The translations under genes and the position numbers were made by a program. The notes beneath the pieces were generated by a model. That model worked only from the letters and a program-made list of their open reading frames with translations. It searched no databases and was not told the origin of the DNA. A DNA stretch of 57,730 nucleotides, counting the filler, from Catajapyx aquilonaris (taxonomy: Eukaryota), in NCBI GenBank assembly GCA_000934665.2. It is 3 parts of 3 records of this genome, joined end to end, with 100 filler letters (N's around TTAATTAATTAA, not from the genome) between each part and the next. Parts side by side here need not be neighbours in the genome. Positions count along the whole stretch, not along the records: positions 1 to 19,153 come from KZ539553.1; 2 more parts are not named here. One strand, 5' to 3'. Every line of letters begins with the position of its first letter. Positions within the stretch are counted from its first letter, which is position 1. Shown piece after piece: positions 1 to 10,195 of this stretch.

Positions 1-289
1 AAATCATTCCCCGACATTATTTATTCCCGCTATTATCCGACGAATATACCTCTACCTAACTTAAGTTCGAACCCGTACCTGCGTTGGTTCGACAAATATA
101 TGGGGTTCCGCACGAAATATTTCATATTTGGGTATCATATATTGTCCTGTATTAGTATGATCAATTTCATCAAGATCCGTCATTATCACCCCGTGACCTT
201 CCCTTGTGAGATACACTCTTTAGCGATTTTTGCCTAATCGCTCCTTCTGACTTTTAAATCGAATTTTCTGGTGTAACTAGCCAAAGAGG

Positions 290-1424
290 CAGTGGCGGAT
301 TACCCATATAGCAAATCTAGCAAATGCTAAGGGCCCCGCGCTTTGGGGGGCCTCGCTTTTTTTTTGTTTTTTTGTTTTTTTTTAAGAAACCCTCTCCGAA
401 ACTCAACCAGTGCAGTGGTTGACTGATAGGCCTACCATACCGAACATCTGAAGGGAAAGGGAAGCTTGTAGGAGTAGGACATAGGACTAGCCCAAATTTC
501 ATGCTGGGAATAAAACCCAATCAGTAAAATAAGCAACTTAGCAAGCAGGCGGTACGCGGTAGGCGGAGGGGGGAGGGGGAGAGAGCCGACTGGAATGCCT
601 GGCTTCGGCATGCGGCTTCCATCGACGACGAGACGGCGCAGCGGGTGCAGGTTCAGGCAGCATCGAAGTTTGAAGGAAAGAAGAAAAGAAATTTGAAGGG
701 AGACAGAAAATCCCTTTCCGTTTCCGCCGCGTTGAGCAGGTTCCGTTATATCCGTCAAAAAATACATTGCATGCCCCTGGTTGCACGCAAAAAAAAATTA
801 CACTGAGAGAATAGGAAGTTGCAGCAACCCAAAAAATGCTGCAACTTGGTTTTTTCCTCTCCCCCTATCGCAGGGATATTCAACTGGCGGCCCGCGGTCC
901 GGATCCGGACCGCGACGCAATTTTGTCCGGACCGCGACAATATACAGGACAGTTTGAAATAGCATGATAAATTACCAATTCATGATTTTTTTTTGGAAAA
1001 AGTGCTACCAATTTCATCAAATACCCACCTATTCAAATTTCCCACATCTCACCTAAGCTCGTGTGACCTTGAACCCCCCCCCCCNNNNNNNNNNNNNNNN
1101 NNNNNNNNNNNNNNNNNNNNNNNNNNNNNNNNNNNNNNNNNNNNNNNNNNNNNNNNNNNNNNNNNNNNNNNNNNNNNNNNNNNNNNNNNNNNNNNNNNNN
1201 NNNNNNNNNNNNNNNNNNNNNNNNNNNNNNNNNNNNNNNNNNNNNNNNNNNNNNNNNNNNNNNNNNNNNNNNNNGGGGGGGGGGGGGCGGACCTGCAATG
1301 GCCCAGAAAAGGTAAATACTGGACCTTGTCAGAAACTAGTTGAATACCCCTGCCCTATCGCCTTCGGTTGGGGCCCCGCTCATGGCATAAGCTACGGGCC
1401 CCGCACTACCTTAATCCGGCTCTG
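290..1424. mobile_element. Non-autonomous hAT-type element
   Basis: Termini CAGTGGCGGATTA / TAATCCGGCTCTG; perfect 8-bp TSD CAAAGAGG at 282-289 and 1425-1432. Confidence 0.8.
871..1352. mobile_element. hAT (Buster/Charlie-type) MITE nested in 290-1424; spans an N gap
   Basis: TIR CAGGGATATTCAACT / AGTTGAATACCCCTG; 8-bp TSD CCCTATCG (863-870, 1353-1360) with TA at positions 4-5; second copy at 40950-41445. Confidence 0.88.
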
Positions 1425-1786
1425 CAAAGAGGCCTTACCACCTGTGGGCAACAAACCAACAAAGTCCCGCCCCCAGACCTTCCAGAGACTTCTGACTGGG
1501 GGAGGGTTCGATGGGTGGCCTAACCGACAGGATATTTTGTACTACATGTTTGCGGCCAATTATCTCAGTAATGCGGCGGCCAGACATAATGACTCCTATA
1601 CTTAAATCGATCCTCTGGTGGCTAGGAAGGCAGTCATATACGTCGGGGCACTGAGTTCAGATACACCCTGTATAAGCAGCACACCCAGAATAAACTAGTG
1701 TCAGTCTTCCTTCAGCCGTGAACCTCATTTTACACCCCAAACCACAATTTTTTTCAAACTATCTTTCCGAAATGTTTTCTTCGATA

Positions 1787-2056
1787 ACCGGTGCAGAGAA
1801 GAAAGGGCATGAGGTAGGGATGGGGATTTCTTGGGACGATACAAGGGTGCAGGTGCAATGTCTTTTTACCGGGGTTATGTGCAGTCTCTCTGGAGGTTAG
1901 GTTGCCAGGCAGCTCCCAGGCGCGGGTCAGGTATAACCTGGTTTTTTATACCCTCCTGACGCAGGCGAAGTAGCGGAGCTCCCGGGCGGGGATCGAACCG
2001 GGGCCCTTCCGCTCAGCAAGAGGAGTCGTTACTGACTCGGCCACCACGCCTCCCCC
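1787..2056 (-). mobile_element. tRNA-derived SINE, family A
   Basis: Minus-strand head GGGGAGGCGTGGTGGCCGAGTCAG (A box) ... GGTTCGATCCC (B box); body shared with 8531-8875 and 20620-20839. 3' boundary approximate. Confidence 0.8.
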
Positions 2057-2520
2057 TACTCCATGATATGTAAGCTTATATGTGGCCTCTTAGGAAGATT
2101 CTCCTTTAATTATTATCCACTTCATTAAACATCTGCACTGTGATGGATTTTGATTGCAGGAGGAAACGGGAGGACCGCGAAAAAAAACAAAACATGGAAA
2201 ACACTCAAAACAGAGAACCCATCCTAAATCCTTCCATTTCCGGGGATCGAACTCTAGGCCTCAGGTTATTGGCGATAACCACTAGGCCAAAGTGTCCATA
2301 AGTCATGAAATCCTGACGCAGTATCTTAATATACTGCATACAAGTAAATATCAATAAAATAAAGTGACAAAATAACCCAATTTTATAGTAGGCCTACTGT
2401 ATACGTGGTAGTGGTGGTACACACTGAAAACTAGTCATGTGCCATCAATATTTCTGTAGCTGGACCACGCTTGGTATGGCTGAAAGTCTTGTAGAAACTG
2501 ACTGCTCTGCGATTATATTC

Positions 2521-2638
2521 TTAACGCACCTCTTTGTTAAGGCGATTCAACCTTTCTAGTGCTCCTGCTATGTTTACAGATGTATACTTTGGTTTGGCTG
2601 CATCCATGGCAGCTTTCTCAGCTTTTTCTTCTGTCATC
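2521..2638 (-). CDS. Probable 3' coding exon of orphan repeat-protein gene (KMTEEKAEKAAMDAAKPKYTSVNIAGALERLNRLNKE..)
   Basis: Acceptor ttacAG at 2640-2639; phase 2 matches the donor at 3916; ends at TAA 2521-2523 or at donor GTGCGT at 2529. Confidence 0.5.
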
Positions 2639-2759
2639 CTGTAATGCGAAGAATATTCACGTATTTAGGCATACCGCAAGAGCATGATTGATGGCATATG
2701 CTAACTCTCGCAAAGTCTAATATCAAATCTAGTATCTGCATGGAAGTGATTATGGTATA

Positions 2760-2917
2760 CAAGGTGATCCAAAATACATGCTAAAAGATCTACAACGCAT
2801 TTGATAACCACTAAAAGTTAACTAGACTATGCAAAAGTAGCATCTTAATAACAAGCATCTTAGTGCGAAAATATTACAACAGAAATCGGATACCGGTAAG
2901 CAATTTGGATCGCCCTG
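2760..2917. mobile_element. Tc1/mariner-type MITE (degenerate)
   Basis: TA-CAAGGTGATCCAAA ... TTTGGATCGCCCTG imperfect TIRs. Confidence 0.55.
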
Positions 2918-2931
2918 TGTATACTCACTAA

Positions 2932-3056
2932 GGGCCGGTTTCACCGAGCTCAGTATATGATAAAACCAGGGTATTTCTCAAAATCCCTATCTATTTGTAT
3001 AGATTTTCCTAAAGAACCCTGGTTTTATCATATACTGAGCTCGGTGAAACCGGCCC
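2932..3056. mobile_element. PIF/Harbinger-type MITE
   Basis: Perfect ~40-bp TIR GGGCCGGTTTCACCGAGCTCAGTATATGATAAAACCAGGG; TAA TSD both sides. Confidence 0.88.
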
Positions 3057-3916
3057 TAAGATAGTACCATATGGCCCGAAAATATCTCCCAGTTTTTATA
3101 CCAAGTGTTCAATATGTGAACCTTAGTCAAATCTCATGCCAGTCAAACCAGTTTTCATTTTTCCTGTTCAGCACAAAGATACATCAACTCATTATACACC
3201 CTGGCAAATTAGATATTTACGGCTAGTCAGTGTCTAAAAATGACAGCACAAATTAATGCAAAATTTGACAAATATATTGATATATTCCCACAACAAAAAG
3301 GTTTGATCTTGACCGGGTGTCCAAAAGCTAATGGCCACCCCTGAATCATAGACCTGCAGCCTGCCAGGCACGTCTTTCTTACGAGATAGTCAGACATTGT
3401 GCACCCTCTACCACCTTTTAGCACATTTTCCCAATGAACCCTAGAATGGTGTATTTGTCAAACTCGCCTCACACATCGCATATTAGGTGTGAGAAAGCCA
3501 CACAAAACAACGCGGTTCTTTTATAGCATCTATAAGAAATAACCCATTGAAGCTTATTAACAGCCAGCAGTGTCACGTGTAAAAAAGTTAGGGACTATTT
3601 ACCCTAGCAGCTATTTTAATTTTTTGCAAGAACCAGAGCCACTTTTACTTGTCGCTGTTGGGTTTTCTGGAGCTAACGATTAATAAATTCTTCACCTACT
3701 TCCTTCTTCAACTGAGACCTTGGACAGTGCATCATCCTGTACCAAATCATCACCACGTTTTGCAATTCAGGCAAACTAAATTAGCCCTAACTTGTATGCG
3801 GTATTTAAAATTCATAAATACTAAAATAAATTATACCACATTTATTGTTGCAGGTATTGCATGGCAGGCAGTTCATTCGATCGGCATTTAAATAAGACAA
3901 TGCATTAAGTACTCAC

Positions 3917-4305
3917 TTCTTTGCGGACTCATTTTCGATTGCCATAGCTTTCCTAATGTCTTCAATCTCGTCCTCAGAATCACTGGGAGGGTCGTCAAAA
4001 TCGGAGGAGTAGGAGTCAAGGGACTGTGAGTGTAAAGAGCAGGAGTCAAGGGACTGTGAGTGTGGAGAGCATGAGCCAACGGGCTCTGAGTGTAAAGAGC
4101 ATGAGCCAACGGGCTCTGAGTGTGGAGAGCATGAGCCAACGGGCTCTGAGTGTGGAGAGTAGGAGTCAATGGGCTCTGCCTGTGGAGAGCAGGAGTCAAG
4201 GGGCTCTGAGTGTGAAGAGTAGGAGTCAAGGGGCTCTGAGTGTGAAGAGTAGGAGTCGAAGGACTCTGAGTAGGAGGCCAAGGACTCCGAGCGTGAAGAG
4301 CAGGT
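3917..4305 (-). CDS. Exon of orphan gene: Ser-rich 10-aa repeats (DS[Y/C]S[S/P]HSEP[L/V]) plus acidic tail
   Basis: Acceptor tttcttttAG at 4307-4306, open frame throughout, donor AA|GTGAGT at 3916; 30-bp in-frame tandem repeat. Confidence 0.6.
4005..4275. repeat. 30-bp coding minisatellite (~9 copies)
   Basis: Unit approx. GGGCTCTGAGTGTGGAGAGCAGGAGTCAAG repeated in tandem. Confidence 0.9.
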
Positions 4306-4598
4306 CTAAAAGAAAGAAATAATTTTTAGTCTGCATTGCCTCCAGAATTCACCCACGGAGTAGAACACCGTCTTCCCAAGTTGACAACTCCAACAATCAG
4401 GCTGGGGAAAACCTGATGGATTATTCCCTTCCAAGATACACATTGGAACCTACAAATGGGAATGCGTATGAGCAGCTGGATAATTATATTGTACATGTAA
4501 AGAAAGCATTATGCTTTCCCCACCTTATTGTTGGAAGTGTTGATTTGGGAAACTTTTATTAATATCCACAGATATAAAAACTAACACACATAATGTAT

Positions 4599-4698
4599 CT
4601 ATATCGCCCAAAAAGATAGAGACGATTTTGCATTTGACTCAAGTGCAACTTGCACTTGAATCAAATGCCAATCGTCTCTATCTTTTTGAGCGATATAG
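4599..4698. mobile_element. ~100-bp near-perfect palindromic MITE in an intron
   Basis: CTATATCGCCCAAAAAGATAGAGACGATT...AATCGTCTCTATCTTTTTGAGCGATATAG; related copy at 22506-22613. Confidence 0.75.
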
Positions 4699-4775
4699 TA
4701 CGTACTGTACATTCAGATAAAAATGAATTTTAAATGTCAATTGAAACGTATTTGTATAAACGTTGCGGTACATAC

Positions 4776-4883
4776 TTCATAAACAGTTTCAACCATCGAT
4801 GCTTCAAGACGGTACTGAGAGCTACTGTCGGAGTTGAACTCTTCCTCAACCACTTCATCCCCGCTCATATCATCTCCATACCA
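4776..4883 (-). CDS. Exon of orphan gene (WYGDDMSGDEVVEEEFNSDSSSQYRLEASMVETVYE)
   Basis: AG acceptor, GTATGT donor, 108 nt, phase 0-0, open. Confidence 0.55.
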
Positions 4884-4980
4884 CTTATAATTGAAGTCCT
4901 AATTGAGCGATATAAAGTAATTATAAAGTCAACAATATTAGTACATTATAATATATTAGCCAAAAGTCGTGTTATAATAC

Positions 4981-5058
4981 CTGGAGCCCATGAACGTCGG
5001 TCTCCTCTCTTATTGGATAACTGCTAGAGAGGGGCATGTCAGAGTCACATCCTAAATT
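4981..5058 (-). CDS. Exon of orphan gene (NLGCDSDMPLSSSYPIREETDVHGLQ)
   Basis: Acceptor ttgcAG, donor CAG|GTATTA, 78 nt, phase 0-0. Confidence 0.55.
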
Positions 5059-5139
5059 CTGCAAGCAAATATATGGATGTGGAAAATTACTTGTCACATT
5101 CACCGCATTAATCATCAACAACAAACATACCGTACTTAC

Positions 5140-5985
5140 CTCATCCAAATCGTTGGAGTCAACCATGCCATCGTAGGTTCTTGTACCATTCTCAAATTGG
5201 GGTGTCTCTGATCTTTGGTCTATTTCCTTGTACTCTGTCTCCAGTGGTTCCTCATTCACTGCCTCCAGAGGCTCCCCAATGGATTGTTCTTCAAGCCCAT
5301 ACCTACTAACTGATTGCAATGGCTCCTCATATCGCATTGATTCTAATGCCTGCTCATTTCGCACTAGATCCAGACTCTCACTATTGCACAATGGATCCAG
5401 AGATTTATTCTTATTTTCTGGCTCTAGAAGCACGTTCTCCCTCTCTGGGTCCAGAGATGTCTTCTTTTTGAGAGCAGACTTCAGAGTTACGTCCCGGTGC
5501 TCTGGCTCCCGAGGTGTCTTTTTGAGAGCAGACTTCAGAGTTACGTCCCGGTGCCCTGGCTCCCGAGGTGTCTTTTTGAGAGCAGACTTCAGAGTTACGT
5601 CCCGGTGCTCTGGCTCCCGAGGTGTCTTTTTGAGAGCAGACTTCAGAGATACGTCCCGGTGCTCTGGCTCCGGAGGTTTCTTTTTGAGAATGGACTTCAG
5701 GGCTACCTCCCGGTGCTCTGGGTCCCGAGATTTCTTTTTGAGAATGGACTTTAGAGCTACCTCCCGGTGCTCTGGCTCCCGAGGTGTCTTTTTGAGAGCA
5801 GACTTCAGAGCTACCGCCCGATGCTCTGGCTCCTCAGTCCTCTTCTTCTCGATCATAGATTCCTGAGACTCCACTCTGTGCTCTTCAGGTGTCTTCATGT
5901 GCATTGAAGTCGTAGGTGACTCCGTGTTATCCATATTTGCACCTTTACTAAATCCAAATAAGGCTCTCTTCGGTACAAAGTAGGC
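5140..5985 (-). CDS. Large exon of orphan gene with seven 18-aa repeats (EPEHR[D/E]VxLKS[A/I]LKK..)
   Basis: Lies in ORF 4972-5934, which stays open up to an acceptor (tttattAG, 5987-5986); donor GAG|GTAAGT at 5139; phase 0-0. Confidence 0.65.
5445..5835. repeat. 54-bp coding tandem repeat (7 copies)
   Basis: Unit approx. TTTTTGAGAGCAGACTTCAGAGTTACGTCCCGGTGCTCTGGCTCCCGAGGTGTC. Confidence 0.92.
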
Positions 5986-6220
5986 CTAATAAAGCAAGTG
6001 GAATAGAAAAGAAAATATATTAGTCCCTACATAAGCGTTATACACTGAAAACGCTAAAAGTATTATGAGGAGCAGGATTTTTAGAATCGGGAAATAAAGC
6101 TTGTGAAATGTGAATGAAATTACAGTAAATTATTTCTTATCTTTAGAACCATTCTAAATGATTTTATGCACACGGAGGTGGTGACGTCAGGAAACATGTG
6201 TGGTCTCTAAGTTAGTGAAC

Positions 6221-6224
6221 CAGT

Positions 6225-6292
<68 letters not shown>

Positions 6293-6303
6293 TAAGTTAG
6301 TAG
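6221..6303. repeat. (CAG)n(TAG)n compound microsatellite
   Basis: Seen directly. Confidence 0.95.
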
Positions 6304-6371
6304 TGGTCCCCTAATGCTGTTATAAATATTAAAATCCAGGTGACACAAATGAAACTTTTGCATGAACTAAC

Positions 6372-6485
6372 CTGTCTTGCGTATTTCTTTTTGGCACGTG
6401 AGTATCGTGAACGTCTACGTTTCCAGAAGGGAGAATGGCTGCATGTAGGACGCTTTTTCAAAGAAGATGTGTGTCCTAAGGTTGC
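6372..6485 (-). CDS. Upstream exon of orphan gene, basic/NLS-like (ATLGHTSSLKKRPTCSHSPFWKRRRSRYSRAKKKYARQ)
   Basis: Acceptor attttAG, donor CAG|GTTAGT, 114 nt, phase 0-0, open. Confidence 0.5.
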
Positions 6486-6531
6486 CTAAAATAGAATGCG
6501 GAGAAGAAAAATTAGTGACCACAGAATAACT

Positions 6532-6543
6532 TTATTATTATTA

Positions 6544-6592
<49 letters not shown>

Positions 6593-6654
6593 GATCATCA
6601 TCATCATCATCATCATAATCATAATCATCATCATCATCATCATTAATAATAGGC

Positions 6655-6732
<78 letters not shown>

Positions 6733-6740
6733 TAATAATT
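6532..6740. repeat. (ATT)n-(ATC)n-(AAT)n compound microsatellite
   Basis: Seen directly; abuts the tail of SINE 6745-7048. Confidence 0.95.
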
Positions 6741-6744
6741 AGTA

Positions 6745-7048
6745 GGCGTATACCCCAAGGGGTTTTCAGCCAGACCTTTATTTTAACGTTGGTGCAACTT
6801 TGGGAACCCTATTATTGAAGCGCCCGGGATGACAGGAGGGGATGTGCAAGTGCAGTGCCTTGTCTGAAATGTGGTCGTCTTGTGAGCTCCCCCGGGTGGA
6901 TTAGTCTAAGGAAATTCCACCCGAGACGAAGTCAGAGACGACTCATGAACTCTGCACGAGAAGAAGGAGGTGTCCCCGAGTTGGGATCGAATCAGGGACC
7001 TTAACATCCGTGGGCGCATACGTTACCGCAGCACCACTCCGCCTCCCC
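6745..7048 (-). mobile_element. tRNA-derived SINE, family B
   Basis: Head GGGGAGGCGGAGTGGTGCTGCGG...GATTCGATCCC; homologous to 28995-29233 and 30136-30482. Confidence 0.8.
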
Positions 7049-7108
7049 TTTAGAATAACATTATTATACAATAATAATTTATTCTAAGTGCCATTGTAAT
7101 ATTATTAA

Positions 7109-7917
7109 CCCATTCCGCCCCAGATCGGCCCGAACCACACAGTTTTTGGCTTACGCGTACTCCGAAGATACGGACAAGATATTTTGCAAATAATAACGGC
7201 TATACTTACGAGATCTTGGAAAACCCTATGAATGTGTCTGGAACCATTTTACTCGTCTAGAAGTCCCTAAATTAATTTCCAAAAAAGGGCTATAATAACT
7301 CGAAATGGGACTACTGCCGCCCAACTTTTAGGCTGATTTAATTATGAAATGCGTGAAAATATGCGGAATAACAACCTTGAGAACCATGCCAGACGAATTT
7401 GCTGAAATCGTCGTACTTTGCGAGAAATAAATTAATATTTATTTGCGGCTTTCTAGCACTTAGGAAAACTCCTAAATGGGTATGAGATGAATTTTCTGAA
7501 ATCGTCGTACTTCATGAGAAACAAATAAATTTGGGAGTTTTCCGTAGTTTTCCCGAGTTTTCCGAAGGGCCAGAAAGCCGCAAATAAGTATTAATTTATT
7601 TCTCACAAAGCACGACGATTTCAGCAAATTCCTCTGGTATGGTTCTCAAAGTTGTTATTCCTCATATTTTCGCGCATTTCATAATTAAATCAGCCTAAAA
7701 GTTGGGCGACAGTAGTCCAATTTCGAGTTATTATAGCCCTTTTTTGGAAATTAATTTAGGGACTTCCAGACGAGTAAAATGGTTCCAGACACATTCATAG
7801 GGTTTTCCCAGACCTCGTAAGTATAGCTGTTATTATTTGCAAAATATCTTGTCCGTATCTTCGGAGTACGCGTAAGCCGAAAACTGTGTGGTTCGGGCCG
7901 ATCTGGGGCTGAAGGGG
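7109..7917. mobile_element. piggyBac-type non-autonomous foldback element
   Basis: TTAA|CCC...GGG|TTAA termini (TSD 7105-7108, 7918-7921); ~350-bp high-identity inverted arms. Confidence 0.88.
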
Positions 7918-8530
7918 TTAAGGGCCGGTTGCATAAAGGATAATAAATCGGATGGTAGATGTGACCTACCACTGTCCGTTGCAGCTAGATGTGATGGTTT
8001 TGGGCCAAATAATTATTGATTGATAAAAAATAATGTCTTGCCTAGCTCCAAACATCGCGGGGTATGCGTTTGATTTTGGAGGTTCTGGGTGCAGTACGAA
8101 CCTCTGACCACTTCCGCTGTGCTGTGTCAGAGAGTCCCACATTAATTTTGGCAGGTACGGAACATGAGCCTCTTTTGTAAGGGCACTGTCCCGTGTTTTC
8201 TTGCACCCGACCCTCTTTCTGTCGTGCTGAAGGCATCTACGTATAATCAAAACTTTCCGATGGTAGTATACCTGACTTGAGTTCGCTTCCGCGAGCGCGA
8301 AGATCCACGAATGCCTCCGTGGCTCTGTATAGGTCTATATCAGGTGGCCCCTACAACCGATTCGTAAGGAATATTACCTCCATTGCCTCCAAATTAAATA
8401 AATTTAAATATATAAATACGGGGGGAAACTCAAAATCCGTGAAATCCAAAATCTCAGTGTGTCTTCCGAAAAACTAGTAAAAGCTCATTCAAGGGAATCA
8501 ACATACGAAACATGTGAACATCCCAATATT

Positions 8531-8875
8531 TTTTGTTTATTTTATTTACCCCGTGATGCAACCCTAGGCCGCTTTAGGGGGGTGGCAGACCACCATACAG
8601 TTTCTAATTGTTATTTTTCTTCAGACACCGGTGCAAGGAATACTAGGAAATTGGGTAAGGGAGGGGATTTGGGGAGGGGACACAAGTGCAGGTGCATTGC
8701 CCAGCGGTGGGCCAGGTGCAGTCCCCCAGGAGGTCAGGTTGCCAAGACGCCTCCTTAGGCGCGGGTCACGACCCATTGACGCAAGCGAAAGGTTTGTTCC
8801 CGGGTGTGGATTTGAACCCGGGACCTTTCGCATAGCAAGCCGAGACGTTACCATCTCAGCCACCGTGCCTCCCCC
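8531..8875 (-). mobile_element. tRNA-derived SINE, family A, full length
   Basis: A box TGGCTGAGATGG, B box GGTTCAAATCC, A-rich tail, 14-bp TSD AACATCCCAATATT (8517-8530, 8876-8889). Confidence 0.88.
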
Positions 8876-9777
8876 AACATCCCAATATTGTGACTGATCA
8901 GGAGTGGCACATGATCCAATGCGAGATATTGTTGCCATATGAATGGGTCTATTGTTAAAAAATATAATCCTACAGTACGCATTGTCCGCACCATGTCGGT
9001 TTTCATTTTTTGCATTATGGAAACCTGGGTGAAACCAATGAAACATGACTATAAAGTGGAACCTTCTCGCCCCCTTCCATTTCCCAAGGACGATCTGTTT
9101 CCATCACCGGCACTATTTTTGTTCCGGACAAAATGCAAGTCAGAACAATATTTTTGTTCCTAGACGATTTTTTGCAGCACAAATTCCAGACTCGTTCCAA
9201 CCAGGACAAAAATATATTGTATTTTACAAAAAAATAAAAATAAAAATAATAATAATAAAACGAAGGGAAGAACATGCCCAAGGACAGGATCTGAGTAGGC
9301 TATATGGTCGGAGCCGAAAAAAGTGGGCTGAGGGTGCAGCCTCACCGCTGATCTTTGCGTACTCCCTCAGGCCAGGCTGCACCTTGGAGAGTTGGTCCCC
9401 CTTGCCAGCTAGGCACACATGACGCGACACGCGTTCCGGTGGCCGAGGCCTACTAGCGACATGTGCGCACAGTGTGAAGACGGAGCACCAAAAGTTCTGA
9501 ATGCAATTTATTTAAACCTATTCCCCGTCCGAAAATCGTTTATCTTAATTTAACCATAAATTGTGCTTGAATTATCACAAAATAATTCCGGTAAGTCCGT
9601 AGTCTCACGGCCTTGTGCGGTCGGCCATCTTGCAGTCCCATTTAGTGCCGGGCACAATTTGTGAAAAGTGCAAAAATTTCTACTTTGGAATAATCCCGGA
9701 TTGTGCAGTGCTTCATTTTGTGCTCCCTTATAGTGCTTTGCATCAAAATTTGTTTTTGTGCCGGTGCACATAGCATA

Positions 9778-10195
9778 CAGTACCTGTCAGGCCCCGGACA
9801 CTCCCCCATTTTTGTGTGAGCTTGACTCTTCCCCCCACCAAGGGGAGAGTTTGCCACGGGCGGCGCTCGTCTCGGTACCCAAGATGAGTGGCGCCTTATC
9901 TAGCGGGCAATTCTGAACCATTTCGCTCGACTCCGATTGGCTGGAGTAGCCTATAGTACAGGCCTCCTGTACTTCAGCAAGAGGCCTGTCCTACTCCAGC
10001 CAATCAGAGCGAAATGCGAAATGGTTCAGAATTGCCTGTTAGGTAAGGCGCCACTCATCTTGGGTTCCGAGCCGAGCGCCGCCCATGGCAACCCCCCCTC
10101 CTCCCCTGGTGGGGGAGAAGAGCTAAGCTCACAGGGGGAGCAATGTTATAAGCCATATAAGGTATACGAGTGACCGGGGCCTGGTACCGGTACTC
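9778..10195. mobile_element. Palindromic MITE/foldback
   Basis: Inverted arms over nearly the whole length (CAGTACC..CAGGCCCCGG / CCGGGGCCTG..GGTACT; CCCAAGATGAGTGGCGCCTTA / TAAGGCGCCACTCATCTTGGG). Confidence 0.75.

Noticed and set aside
6591..6818. Poly-Ile ORF
   Set aside because: Translation of a trinucleotide microsatellite.
8790..8875. tRNA genes at the tRNA-like heads (also ~2056, 7048, 20839, 29233, 30136)
   Set aside because: A/B boxes are present, but each continues into a shared body, and the full-length copies have A-rich tails and TSDs: SINEs, not tRNAs.
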